From the NCBI RefSeq assembly GCF_009914755.1, contig NC_060926.1: 64,000 bases of DNA; one strand, 5' to 3'. Position numbers and translations under genes: made by a program. The stretch's first letter is position 1; each line of letters opens with the position of its first letter. This document shows positions 12,563 through 26,568 of this stretch, in pieces. The DNA comes from the human T2T-CHM13v2.0 reference genome, Homo sapiens. Under the pieces are notes generated by a model. It made no database searches and was not told where the DNA came from. It saw only the letters and a program-made list of their open reading frames with translations.

Positions 12563-15500
12563 CATATCAAATGGGGAAAAGCTCAAAGCTTTTCTCTAAG
12601 AACTGGAACAAGACAAGCATGCCTGTTTTCACCCTGTTATTCAATATAGCATTTGAAATTCTAGCCAGGACAATCAGGCAAGAGAAAAAAATAAAAGGCA
12701 CCTATATTAGTCCATTTTCATGCTGCTGATAAAGATATACCTGGGACTGAGCAATTTACAAAAGAAAGAGGTTTATTGGACTTACAGTTACACATGGCTG
12801 GGGAGGCCTCATAATCATGGTGGATGGCAAAAGGCAAGTCTCACATGGCAGCAGACAAGAGAAGAGGATTTGTGCTGGGAAACTTACGTTTTTAAAATCA
12901 TCAGATCTTGTGAGACTCATTCACTGTCAGAAGAACAGCACAAAGAAAACCCACCCCCATAACTCAGTCACCTCCTACTGAGTCCCTCTCACAACACATG
13001 GGAATTCAAGATGAGATTTGGGTGGGGACACAGCCAAACCATATCATTCCACCTCAACCACTTCCAAATCTCATGTCCTCACATTTCAAAACCAATCATG
13101 CCTTCCCAAGAGTCCCCCAAAGATTTAACTCATTTCAGCATTAACTCAAAAGTCCATAGCCCAAAGACTCATCTGAGACAAGGCAAGTCCCTTCTACCTA
13201 TGAGCCTATGAAATAAAAAGCAAGTTAGTTACTTCCTAGATACAATGGGGGTACAGGTACTGGGTAAATATAGCCAATCCAAATAGGAGAAATTGGCCAA
13301 AACAAAGGTGCTACAGGCTCTATGCAAGTCCAAAATCCAGTGGGCAGTCAAATCTTAAAGCTCCAAAATGATCTCCTTGACTCCATGTCTCACATCCAGG
13401 TCACGCTGATACAAGAAGTGGGTTTTCATGGTCTTGGGCAGTTCCAACCCTGTGACTTTGCAAGGTATAGCCTCCCCCCTGGCTGCTTTGACAGACTGGC
13501 ATTGAGTGTCTGTGGCTTTTCCAGTTGTGTGGTGCAAGCTGTTGGTGGACCTACCATTCTGGGGTCTGGAGGACAGTGGCCCTCTTTTCACAGCTCAAGC
13601 AGGCGGTGCCCCAGTGGGGATTCTGTGTGGGGATTCTGCATGGGGGCTCTGACCCCACATTACCTTGCCCTTCCCCCACACTGCCCTAGTAGAGGTTCTC
13701 CATGAGGGCCCCATCCCTACAGCAAACTTCTGCCAGGGCATTCAGGCATTTCCGTACATCTTCTGAAAACTAGCTGGAGGTTCTCAAACCCCAGTTCTTG
13801 ACTTTTATGCACTTACAGGCTCAATACCACATGAAAGCTGCCAAGGCTTGGGGATTACACCCTGAAGCAATAGTCTGAGCTGTACCTTGGCCCGTTTTAG
13901 TCACGGCTGGGGCAGCTGGGATGCAGGGCACCACATCTCTAGACTGCACACAGCAGAGGGACCCTGGGCCCCACCCATGAAACCATTTTTTTTTTCTCTT
14001 ACACTTTCAGGCCTGTAATGGGAGGGGCTGCCACAAAGGTCTCTGACATGCCCTGGAGACATTTTCCCATTGTCTTGGGGATTAACATTTGGCTCCTCAT
14101 TCATTATGCAAATTTCTGCAGCTGGCTGGAATTTCTTCCCAGAAAATGGGATTTTCTTTACTATCATGTTGTCAAGCTGCAAATTTTCGGAACTTTTATG
14201 TTCTCCTTCCCTTATAAACCTGAATGCCTTTAACAACAAGCAAGTCACCTTTTGAATGCTTTGCTGCTTAGAAATTTCTTCCACCAGATACCCTAAATCA
14301 TCTCTCTCAAGTTCAAAGTTCAACAAATCTTTAGGGCAGGGGCAAAATACAGCCAGTCTCTTTCCTAAAACATATCAAGGGTCACCTTTGCTCCAGTTCC
14401 CAACAAGTTCCTCATCTTTGTCTGAGACCACCTCATCCTGGATTTCATGGTTCATATCATTATCAGCACTTTGGTCAAAGCCATTGAACAAGTCTCTAGA
14501 GAGTTCCAAACTTTCCCACATTTTCCTGTCTTCTTCTGAGCCTTCCAAAATGTTCCAACCTCTGCCTCTTACCCAGTTTCAAAGTCACTTCCACATTTTT
14601 TGGTATCTTTTCAGCAGTGCCCCACTCTTCTGAATATCAATGTAAAGTATTATTTTGTTTTTACACTGCTGATAATGTCATGTCCAAGACTGGGCAGTTT
14701 AGGAAAGAAAGAGGTTTATTGGACTTACAGTTCCACATGGCTGGGGAGGCCTCATAATCATGGCAGAAACTGAAATGCACACCTCATACAGTGGCAGACA
14801 AGAGAAGACGTTTTGTGCAGGGAGACTCCTGTTTTTAAAAGCATCAGATCTCATGAGACTCATTGACTATCATGAGAACAGTGCAGGAAAAACCCGCTCC
14901 CATAATTCAGTCACCTCCCACAGGGTCCCTCCCATAACACATGGGAATTCAAGATGAGATTTGGGAACAGACACAACCAAACCATATCAACACCCAACTT
15001 GGAATATAAGAAATTTATATTGTTCCTTTTTACTTATGACACCTTATTGTAGAAATACCTAAAGACTTCATAAAAACACTTTTAGATCTGATAAATAAAT
15101 TCAGGAAAATTGCAGGATACAAAATCAACATACAAAAACCAGTAATTTTTCTACACACCAATAATGAACTAGCTAAGAAGAAAATCAAGAAGGCAATCTC
15201 ACTTATACTAACTCCATAAATAAATAAAATACCTAGGAATGAATTTAACCAAGGAGATAAAAGACCTCTAGGAGTAAACTATATATTTCTGATGAATAAA
15301 TTAAAGAAGACAAAAACAAATGGAAAGATGTCTTATAATCATGGATCAGAAGAAATAAAACCATTAAAATGACGATACTACCCAAAGCAATATACAGATT
15401 CAGTGCAATCTCTATCAAAGTACCGATGTCATTTTTCACAGAGATAGAACAAAAAAATTCTAAAATCTGTATGGTATCAAAAAGACCTCAAATAGCCAAA

Positions 15501-16828
15501 GCAATCCTGACTAGAAAGAACATCACATTACCTGACTTTAAGATATAGTACAAGGCTATAGTAACCAAACAGCATAATACTGATACAAAAACAGATACAT
15601 AAAGCAATGCAATAGAATAGAGAACCCATAAATAAGTCCATATATTTGCAGCCAACTGAATTTTGACAAAGGTGCCAAGAACATACACTGAGGATAGGAC
15701 ACTTTCTTCAATAAATGATATTGGGAAAATTTGATACCCATATACAGAATAATAAATCTGGACTCCTATTTCTGATCATATACAAATATCAACTCAAGAT
15801 GAATGAAAGACTTAAACATAAGACTCAAAACTATTAAAATCCTAGAAGAAGACATAGGGGAAACACTTCTGGAAATTTGCCTAGGCAAAGATTTTGTGGC
15901 TAAGACCTCAAAAACACAGTCAATAAAAACAAAAATTAGACAAATGAGACTATATTAAACCAAAAAGTTTCTGCACAGCAAAGAAAGCAATCAACAGAGT
16001 GAAAAGACAACCTGTTAAATGGGAAAAATATGTGCAAACTATTCATCTAACAAGGGACTAATGCCTAGAATATACAATGAGCTGAAACAACAGTAAAAAA
16101 ATAAATAAAAGTGAGCAAAGGACATTCATAGATATTTCTCAAAATAAGACATACAAACGTCCAACAGGTATATAAAAAAAAATGCTTAACATCACTAGTC
16201 ATCATGGAAATGCAAATTAAAACCACAATGAGTTATCATCTTACTCCTGTTACTATGGCTGTTATTAAAGCTACAAAAAAATAACAGGTGCTGGTGAGGA
16301 TGTGGAGAAAAGGGAACTCCTATACACTGTTGGTGGAAATGTACATTAATATAAACATTATGGAGAATAGCATGTAGTTTTCTCAAAAAGCTAAAGCTAC
16401 AAATGGAACGACTGTACGACCCAGCAATCTCACTAGTGTGTATTTATTGAAAGGAAATAAAATCAGCATCAAAAACATGCCTTTATTCCCATGTCTTTTC
16501 CAGTACTATTCAAAATAGCAAAGATACAGGATCAGCCTAATGTCTATCAATGAATAAACTGATAAAGGAAATGTGATATATATACACAATGGAATTCTAG
16601 GTCATAAAAAAATGAAATCATGTCATTTGCAGCAACATGAGTGGAGCTGGAGGGCATTATGTTAGGTGAAATAAGCGAGGCATAGAAAGACAAAGTTTAC
16701 ATGTTCTTATTCATACGTGGGAGCTAAAAGAGTTGTTCTCATCGAGGTAGAGAGTGGAATGATAGACACTACACTCTGAGAAGAGTGTGTGGGTGCGCGT
16801 GTGTATGGGTTGGGGGGGATGAAGAAAC
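12563..16828 (+). mobile_element. L1MA ORF2/3'UTR, inverted segment, interrupted by THE1
   Basis: Sense ORF2 (aagaactggaacaagacaag...caatcaggcaagagaaa) resumes after THE1 at about 14990 and runs into the 3'UTR, stopping before the part found antisense at 12372-12562. Confidence 0.85.
12703..14989 (-). mobile_element. Full-length THE1 (MaLR, THE1A/B-like) provirus: LTR 12703-13046, internal 13047-14645, LTR 14646-14989
   Basis: Two homologous LTRs end in ccaaaccatatca. ORF 13901..14326(-) has the THE1-int motif NFELERDDLGYLVEEISKQQSIQ. 5-bp TSD gcacc (12698-12702) / acacc (14990-14994). Confidence 0.95.
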
Positions 16829-19779
16829 ATCATTTTGACGTAAAAAAAGCTTATGTAAAAATAAATTCATGTTCTCCACTGCTTTCTTAATCATGTTATG
16901 CTTAAGTAGACAGTTGTGTGTCTACATCTGCAGCAAATAATTTAAGAGTTGCTTAGTAATTAATACTTAGAACAATGTAAGTAAATCATCCGATGATTTA
17001 AAATGTTCTTCTTTATGCCGTGTTTAAGATGGCTGGAAAATAAATGGTGTACATCGAAATTTTACATCTGTGAAGTTTATGTTTTTAGAATTTTGAGTTA
17101 AACATGGCTATCTAGGAAATGTGAATACATTACAAAATCTACTGTGAATGTTTCTGAAGACAGAAGTTTCATTCTGAAATTTCATATCTATAAATAAACA
17201 CAATGAATCCAATTTACCAATTATATTTATAATTATTGAAGAAAAGTCCAGAGTTACCTTCAGAGAACTTAGAGAGGGAGGTTACTATACGCAATAGTGA
17301 CGTATGAATTGGTTAAATATGTGTTCTGAAAGTCAAATAACACCACTGATACGTGTTCAACAATGAAAGTTATAACTTATGGTTTGTATACCTGTAACTT
17401 TGATGTTACAATGACTCTATACTCAGAATTAAGGTGAAATGTCATTTATCTTTTCTAGATGTGATCGCTAATTTAACCTTGAAATGCATTATTCAAAATA
17501 ATTCTCCCTAAGAAAATTTCATCAGAATGTGAAACTCTGACATTGATGGAGATCATAGATGAGTTTTAAAATTGCTTCATGTTAACGGTATTTACCCTAC
17601 AGGAAAGTTTAGGCTTCATTTAAAGTGTGCAGCCATTCAAAACAGTGTTACTTTGCCTAGGCTATTAAGGTAATCATCCAATTTAAGAATATATTACTGT
17701 GAAGACACCATCTGGCATAATACAAAATCTGGAGGCTAGGCTTAGTTTTAGTATGGATTTTTAGAGAAATCATCGAGTAACATGGATAATCTGTTAAATA
17801 ACCCTGTACCATGTTAAAAATTACCACAGAAGGTAAAATAGATACATACACACATTACAGTATATTCCTTTTTCATTTAATAGAAACTTATTCTAAAATA
17901 TATGCTTAAAGCAATGATATATTCAAGTAGAGAAAGGTTTATATGATAGAAATTTTAAAATATCTAAATTACTGACTCATATCACATAATTAGCAACAGG
18001 CTCGCGTGTATCACTGTGATTGACATACAAGAATTTTCTCCAGTTGGAAGAAATGGTCATTTTATGGCTCAATATTAGAATAAGATGATTTTCAAAATGT
18101 TTAATTTTTTTTAAATTGGGAGAAAAATTAAAACAAGTATATTTGGATTAAAATGTCATTTCATTTTGCATACATCATAGAAGTTACTTTGGGCTGTATT
18201 GTAACTATAAATACTGAAGCTGATTTTCCTGCATGGATATCAGTTTCATTATTTTATAGGAACACCATTCAACCATTACATATTAGTGTTTTCATCCGAA
18301 GTTGTAAAAACACAGGTTACTTTAATGAAAACATTTTTTAAGTAAGCTCTTTATTTCAGTTAAGTATTGGCTTATTGCTTTCAGTCTATATATTGGTCTG
18401 TTAAATGTATATTTTGATCACTGTGAAAACAGCAATGATTTTCCATACAAGATTGTGTAATCCCTAGCAAAACTGTAATGATTTTGGTCACTAGATTGGT
18501 CTGCAATGGTGTAGGTATTTGGGGATTTCTATATTCAACAAAGTATTTATTTTGCTTCTGTTCTAACACTTAATTATGTATTAGAAGGACAGATACATAG
18601 ATGGATGGATTTTAAAAATCTCTTTTATTCTTAAAAAGTTAGTTGACATATTGACATGAAAATTAACATACTTAGAAATTAATGAAGATCCTTATATACT
18701 GTAGAATCTGTGAAGTTCAACATAGTTTTGGCAGTTGTTATATATCTCTTATAATATTGTGCTTATTCTTTTACTTCTACTTCTCTTCCTCATCAAAATC
18801 TCCTAGCACTCATATGTGAATTAAATTTTTCTAAGCTATGCACCAGGAAAAGGCCATTGTAATCCTGCTTCAAGCAGCTGGTAGTAAAAGAAACACATTA
18901 ATAAACTGTGCATAAATTCTTAAAAGATGGAAGAAGAAATGGCTTTGAATTACATTTATTACTTTATGTAAGTAAATGAAGTACCGCATGTAGAATATAT
19001 GTATTTAATGCTCTATGTACATTTATTTGTCTTAAGTGAAGAAAAATGATAGCTGCTATAATTTAAAAATGTACACGATTTTGAAATCATGATATTTCCC
19101 ATAGGAAGCACAAAGAGAACATCATGGATGTGATATGATTATCTAAAAATGAAGACAGGCAAAGAATCAGAGAGTTTCCCAATACAGAAATTCACGGAAG
19201 CATGAGAAATCTTGGGAGGATGTGCATTATATAAATGAAAAGATACTAAGATACTACTGATATTATTAGATCGAGGGAATATTAGTCACTGAATAATAGT
19301 CACTCTGTTATTGGCAAACTCTTGCTAAACCCAGATCTTGTGCTGATGTCTGATTCTATAAATATGAATAAGAAAATATTCTACTCTGAGTCCACCATCT
19401 AACTACAAAGAAGGGCATGTAAATAAGTGAATTACAAGGCAATTAAAGCAGCACGGGAAATGTATGCCTATTGCAGGAACGACACAAAAAAAGACGTGAG
19501 AGTATGGCTAGAAATTTGTCAAATAGCAAAGTAGTTTTATAAGCAGCAATAGTAACATGTGGAAAGGCTTAGTTAGAGAGATGAAATAATGTGGTAATTT
19601 TAAGGCAGTAGGCTGATGCCTAAATTTTAAGATAAGAGTAATGTGAAAGAGTTGCATTTCTCATTGATGCAGGGTATTTTAAAAATTAGTGAATACATAC
19701 AGTTATTCCTAGGGATTTATAATTATTTTTTGAGAATTAAGGCTTTCACTATTGAATATTAGAATAAGACACAGTGATT

Positions 19780-19930
19780 AGCTACTAGGACTAGTTCTGC
19801 ATATTGATTTGCCTGTTAAATATAGAATGACCTTTGGAAATTTCTTAGCTTGTCTAAATCTATTTTTACCTCCTATAAGAAGAGAATAACAGTGCTTACA
19901 TGTAAGGTTGCTGTAAGTATACATAGAGAG
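19780..19930 (+). mobile_element. MIR fragment
   Basis: tgacctttggaaatttcttagcttgtctaaatctatttttacctcctataagaagagaataacagtgc resembles the MIR core. Confidence 0.55.
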
Positions 19931-20194
19931 TGCTACTGAAGCATGTAAGAGTTGATTATTTTTTAATATAACGGTTATGGTTTTGAAGAAAATATTTAAA
20001 TCATATTTCTATGTTAGCCAGCATCAGTATGATCTTCTCTTCTTAATAAAATTTAAATATGCAATGTTATCTTTAACTATGTAACATTTTATTTTATAAA
20101 GTAAATATAAAATAATATGACTCTACCATCAATTTGAATAAACTTCACCTACTCTAATAATAATTTTCCACTGCACAACTTGTTTGTAATTACC

Positions 20195-21040
20195 CATTTT
20201 GAAACTTTCATTTAGGAATATTTATAGATTCACAGAAAGTTGCAAAAATAGTACTGAGAGGTCCTGTATACCTTTCATCCAGTTTCCCCCACTGGCTGCA
20301 TCTTCCATAACTGTAGTATAATATGAAAACCAGAAAATAACCAAGATGTAAAGTGTGTGGGTAGTTCTATATCATTTTACCACATAGGTAAATTTGTGTA
20401 ACTACCACTGCAATCAAACACAGTATTATTTCACCACCAAGAAGCTCTGCCTGATGCTACCCCTTTATCCCCTTTATAGTCACACCCTCCTCTCCCCTAC
20501 TCATCACTGCTAATCCCTGGTAACCACTAATGTGTTTTAGATCTCTGTAATTTGTTATTCCAAGAAATCATATAGTTTCTGAATCTTTTGAGTTAGAATT
20601 TTTCATTCAGCATGATGTTCCTGAGATACATTTAAGGTGTTTGCATTCATTTAGAGATGATAGCTTTCTAGCAAAGTAATATTTTATGGTATGGATGCAC
20701 CACAGTTTGCTTAAACATTCACCCACTGTAGGGCATTTTGGTTGTTTCCAGTTTGGGGCTACTGCAAATGAAACGGCTATGAACAATAATATACATGCTT
20801 TTGTAAAGAAATAAGTTTTCTTCATTTCTCTGGATAAATGCCCAGAAGTGCAATTGCTAGATTGTATGCTATGCGTATTTCTAGAGTTTTAAGAATCTTC
20901 CCATTTCCCAGAGTGTTTGTGCCATTTTACAATCCCACCAGCAATGTATGAGTTTATCCACATAAGTTTCAGCATTTGGTATTGTCACCATTGTTTGTTT
21001 TATTTTAGCTCTTCAAATAGGTACACCTCATTGTGGTCTT
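20195..21040 (-). mobile_element. L1MB/L1MC 3' fragment
   Basis: tagattcacagaaagttgcaaaaatagtac. ORF 20607..20825(-) has APNWKQPKCP, the L1 ORF2 C-terminus. Confidence 0.85.
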
Positions 21041-22479
21041 AAGATACTCATATAAAATGAAAATATTCATTTTTGTAGGAACATATTTCTGAATAGGTAA
21101 AAATACCTTTATCTTTTCTAAATAAGGTATTGAATTGAAATTTGGAAAAATAAAATTCTGCTACATTATCAGAGAACTGTCGAAATTCAGAGAGAAAAAA
21201 AAATGTATTTCCAATTGGATAGGGCTGAAACCAGAATTTTGGACGAGAGTTAAGAAGCATTTCAAATTGTCATGAGAAAATAAATAATTACATAAATGCA
21301 TTTCACGTATATCAGTGACAATTAAAAAAACAGTCAAACTAGCCAGTAATTGTTCTTCGTATTAAAATTGCATTCGTTATCCATCCTTCTGCAACATGAC
21401 TCCAAGAATTTACATTTATTATTTAAATATATATCTTAAAAATACTTTTGTAAAAATACATAGTTATCCCTTGAATAAATGCCTTAGGTCTTAGGAAAGT
21501 ATATACCTTGTAACAGTTTTGATCTAAAGATGCTAGCTCCATAGTCCCTAAATTTAAAAAAGAAAGGCCTATGTGCAAAACATTAAAAGAACAATTGTTT
21601 TTAGTATAATGCATGTTAATACAGCATAATAATAGTAAAATTTAGAAGTTGAATGCTCTAGCACTACAAACATTGAGGAGTTACGTGGAATTGGAAAATA
21701 GTCTCCTTGGTAATTTAACCAAAGTAAACCTTATCTATAAGCAAAATAACACATAAAACATAACATTTTCTTTGCATTTTCTTAAAAGGAACTTTATATT
21801 TTTCAGAACATATGTTAGCATTTCATTTAGGGTCTTATTAAAAATGCCCTGGCATTTCTGTTTGTCTGAATAGAATTTCGCTCCCTCACACATCTTGAGC
21901 ATTATAAAATACCACATTAACCTTTCTCACAGAGCTTGGCATAATACAGAAGATATACTCTTCCAGGAGAATGTATTATTCATTAAGTAAATAGTGGAAG
22001 CAATATGAAAGAATTGTCTGAGTACTAAAATTTAATCAAAGCAATTAAAGTCAAAGGTGTTAATATATTACCAGACATATCAGAGTCATTAAATATTGTT
22101 GGTCTCTTCCTGCAGAAATGAAATGGACTCCTACTTCAAGTACTCAGCTAAACTTTTATTATGCCTCATTATTTTTCTACTAACTCATGATGCCTAATTT
22201 AGTCCAAGTACTATGTATAAGATACATTTGATTTTATATTTTTCTGTTTGTGTATATCTTATAAATAATTTTTAACTATTTTAGTACCACTTTACAGATC
22301 TAAGATGATAATATCCCAGAGAAAATATTTAAACATAACTAGAAATAATTTTATATACCAGGAAGTTAATAATTTTCACAGCAAAAGTATTGCATGCAAT
22401 GCTTAATGATTTAATAGGGGATACTCACATGCCAAATGCTATCTATTTAATTCTACTAAACACTTACTTATAGTCAAAT

Positions 22480-22655
22480 ACAGTATAAGAAGTGATCAGT
22501 TTATGAGTATCTACAGTGTGGCAGATTCCATCTTAGATAGCTTGTTCTCAGAATTTCATTTGGTATTGTTATTATTGGCATTTTGCAAATTAAACTCAGA
22601 GAATAATCTGCCCAAGAACATTCAACTGGTAAATGGCAAACACGGTCTGTGAATT
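22480..22655 (-). mobile_element. MIR fragment
   Basis: tattgttattattggcattttgcaaattaaactcagagaataatctgcccaag resembles the antisense MIR core. Confidence 0.5.
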
Positions 22656-23511
22656 GAGAATATATTAAAAATAGCATTGGGTGGTTATTAACTGTGGATA
22701 ACCAGATGCAGTAACAGGAAGTAATCAACATATAGCAGTCAGATGACCCATACCTAAAAATATACTAGTTGAGTAACGCTTGTGAGTAGAGTTTTCAAAT
22801 GAAAATCTATTAATTAAAAAATGAAGAAGGTATTTACACATGCTGCTCTTTATAAAAAGGAAAGACATAATGCATTAAATCACCAGAAATAGAAATAACC
22901 AACTCGAGAAATATTTCTGAATTCCGAATATGAACAGGCATCTGAGGATACAAATATTAATAACATTTTAGAGACTATTTTCCAGTTCCGTGCAATTTCT
23001 CAATGTTATGGGATGATACACAAAAATTAAAGCTGATTTCTCACTTTGAGCTATGCCATATTTTGATGTTTTTAATCACAATGAGTAAGAAAACTCAGAT
23101 CATTAAATGATGGAGATAATTTGTATTATTACTTCTATGCTTTATCAAACTAGTTCCCAGCAATAGTCAGCAAATATCCATGTTGTTTCCAGCTTTAAGC
23201 CTGTGATTTCAGAATGGGTAATAAAGAAGATGATAGGACTTTGCACCTAGAGATTCCTTCTGGTCTGACAGACTGTCTGAAGATGGGTGGTATTCTAATT
23301 CCTCAGTACAGAAATCTGAGCCATGTGGATAACTGTTATAATTCTCTGATTTCACTTGTGACATTGGAAGAAGTTTCTTTCTATCCTGAAATGGAAACAT
23401 GAAAAATAAGCCAGCATAATTTTCAAAAAGAGATCTTGATTTAGCTTGCTTAAGAAAAAAAATAATAACAGTGTGTTAGTCTCTTTTTCTTCCTTTAAAA
23501 GTAAAATGTTA

Positions 23512-24025
23512 TATATACTACATTTTTTATACACAATACAATACTATTTGGCTATTTTAAAAAAGGAAATGGTCTTATTCGCAACAACATGGATGAACCT
23601 GGAGAACATGATATTAAGTGAAATAAGCCAAGCTCATAAAAACAAATACTGAATGATTTTACTTGTATGTGGGATCTAAAAATGTCCAATTCACAGAAGC
23701 AAAGACTAGACTAGTGGTTGCCAGAAGCTAGAGGGTTAAGGGATTGGGGAGATGTTACTGAAATAACACAAAATTTCATTTAGACAGGAGGAATAACTTT
23801 AAGAGATCTATTGAACATCACAGTGAGAACAATATATTGTATATACTAAAATTACCAAAAGAATAAATTTTAAGTGCTCTCAACACAAAATATAAGTATG
23901 TGAGGTAATTCATATTTTAATAGCTTGATTTAGCTATTCTACAATGCATATATATATATTAAAAATCATGTTGTATGCCATAAATATATACAATTTTTAC
24001 TTGTCAATTAAAATAATTTTTTTTT
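23512..24025 (+). mobile_element. 5'-truncated L1MA (L1MA7/8-like) with TSD and a ~19-bp 5' inversion
   Basis: L1 3' end (FATTWMNLENMILSEISQ in ORF 23446..23652). 13-bp TSD aagtaaaatgtta at 23499-23511 and 24026-24038. Confidence 0.9.
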
Positions 24026-25640
24026 AAGTAAAATGTTACTTCCTGAAATTAAAGGGTCTCAGCTCAGTAAGAAATACCTCATGATCTCCCATAAAAACAT
24101 GAGTATATGCCAACAGTGAAACCATCTTTAAATATATTGCATTTGAAATGGAACCCATGATTTCAAATCAATCAGTTGGTTCAGTTCAGTCAGATTCTTG
24201 TTTTCAAAATTAAGTATTCTAATTTCCTCAATGTTATCTCTTGTAAGCCAATTTACTCATCCAAAGTAATCTGAAAATCATATTGCTGTGCAAATCATTG
24301 AATGCAAAGTGAACAAAAAAATAGATTTATTCAGTTGATGGAAATGAGTTGCTTAATCAAACGTTGAATATAGACTGTAGAAATCATTTTGTTACTGACA
24401 CGTTTTTCCTCAACTCTATGTATTTATGTAGCACTTATTACTATAGTGTCTAGATATCTTGACAAATGTGTCATGCCAACATAAAACACTATAGTCTCTG
24501 GCCAAGCCTATGGAAATCCATATGGCACACTGAACTATTCAAAAGCAAACACAAAAGTAAATCACCCTGTGTGATCAGGCATTGAATATTATCCTTAGCT
24601 TATCATGGTATGAATTTCTCTTTGCATGCCTGTCCCAAACACTCATGGAGTAAATATGTGCCATGGAAATTACTAGTATTGGTCCTGACTCATAGTATAT
24701 GACCAATAAATGGTAACTACTACTATTAATATAACTACTAATATGGTTGCCATTACCTGAACAAACTCCTTAAGAGATTATTTTGGTAAAATCAAGATTC
24801 AGCTAAATCTCAGGGATTTTTTTCTTATTCTTTAATTTTAATAAGCTTATAATATCCTCTAGGTAATTGATTATAAAGACGATTTTCTTTAACTTGGTTA
24901 CCATTTTTTAACAGTATTTTTTTTAGAATAGTTTTAGGTTCACCACAATATTGAGCAGAAAGTACAGAAATTTCCTACACACTCCTTGTCCCTGTGTATC
25001 CATAATTTATTTCATTATCAACAACCCCACCAGAGTAGTATATTTGTTAAAATTGACGAATATACACAGACACATCATTATCACCTGGAATCAATAGTTT
25101 GTGTTAGGGTTCACTTGTTGTTATACATTCTATGGGTTTTGACAAATGTATAATGACAGGCATCTGCCACTGTAGCATCATACAGAGTAATTTCACTTCC
25201 CTAAAAAATATTTTGTGCTGTATTCAACCTTCCCTTTCCCCCACACCTGGCAACTACTGATCTTTTTACTGTTTCCCTAGTTTTGACTTTTCCAGAATGT
25301 CATATAGTTTGAAGCACAGTATGTAGCTTTTTCAGATTTGCTTCTTTTACTTGGTGCTATGTATTTATGTTTCCTCCATATCTTCTTGTGCCTTGATATC
25401 TCATTTCTTTTTAGCACTGAATAATATTCCATTGTCTGGATGTGCCATGGTTTATTTGTCTATTCACTTACTAAAGAACATCTTGGTTGCTTCCAAGTTT
25501 TGGCAATCATGAATAAACCTGCTACATGCATCAATTTGCAGCTTTTTTTTTTTTTGTGGACATAAGTTTTGAACTTCTTTGAGTAAATACCAAGGAGCAT
25601 GATTGCTGGATGGGATTATAGGATTATGTTTACTTTGCTA

Positions 25641-26024
<384 letters not shown>

Positions 26025-26258
26025 TCATTTTGCATTCCCACTAGCAATAAATGAGAGTTCCCATTGCTCTACATCCTTGTCAGCATTTGGTGTTGTCAGT
26101 GTTCTGGATTTTGGCCATTCGAATAGATATGTAGTGATGTTATAGCGTTGTTTTAACTTGGATTTCCCCAGTAACGTATGATGTGGAACATCTTTTTCTA
26201 TGCTCATTTTTCATTTGCATATCTTCCTCAGTGAGATGTCTGTTAAGGTCTTTAACGC

Positions 26259-26568
26259 TTTTTTTTTTTTTTTTTTTTTTGAGACAGGGTCTTGCTGTGT
26301 TATCCAGGCTGGAGTGCCTTGGTACAATCATGTCTCACTGCAGCCTCAACCTCCTAGGCTCAAGTGATCCTCCCACCTCAGCTTCCTGAGTAGCTGGGAC
26401 TACAGGCATGCGCCACACTACCTGGCTATTTTTTATTTTTATTTTTCTGTAGAGATGATGTCTCTCTATGTAGTCCAGGCTGATCTCGAACTTTTGGTCC
26501 CAAATGATTCTTCTGCCTCAGCCTTTCAAAAGTGCTGGGATTACAGATGTGAATCAAAACACCTGGCT
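26259..26568 (-). mobile_element. AluJ
   Basis: Poly-T plus gagacagggtcttgct...cagcctcaacctcctaggctcaagtgatcctcc. Degenerate TSD beginning tttaac. Confidence 0.9.

Noticed and set aside
13322-14633. Cluster of 120-140-aa ORFs
   Set aside because: All lie inside THE1-int and are broken pieces of the MaLR ORF or its antisense strand.
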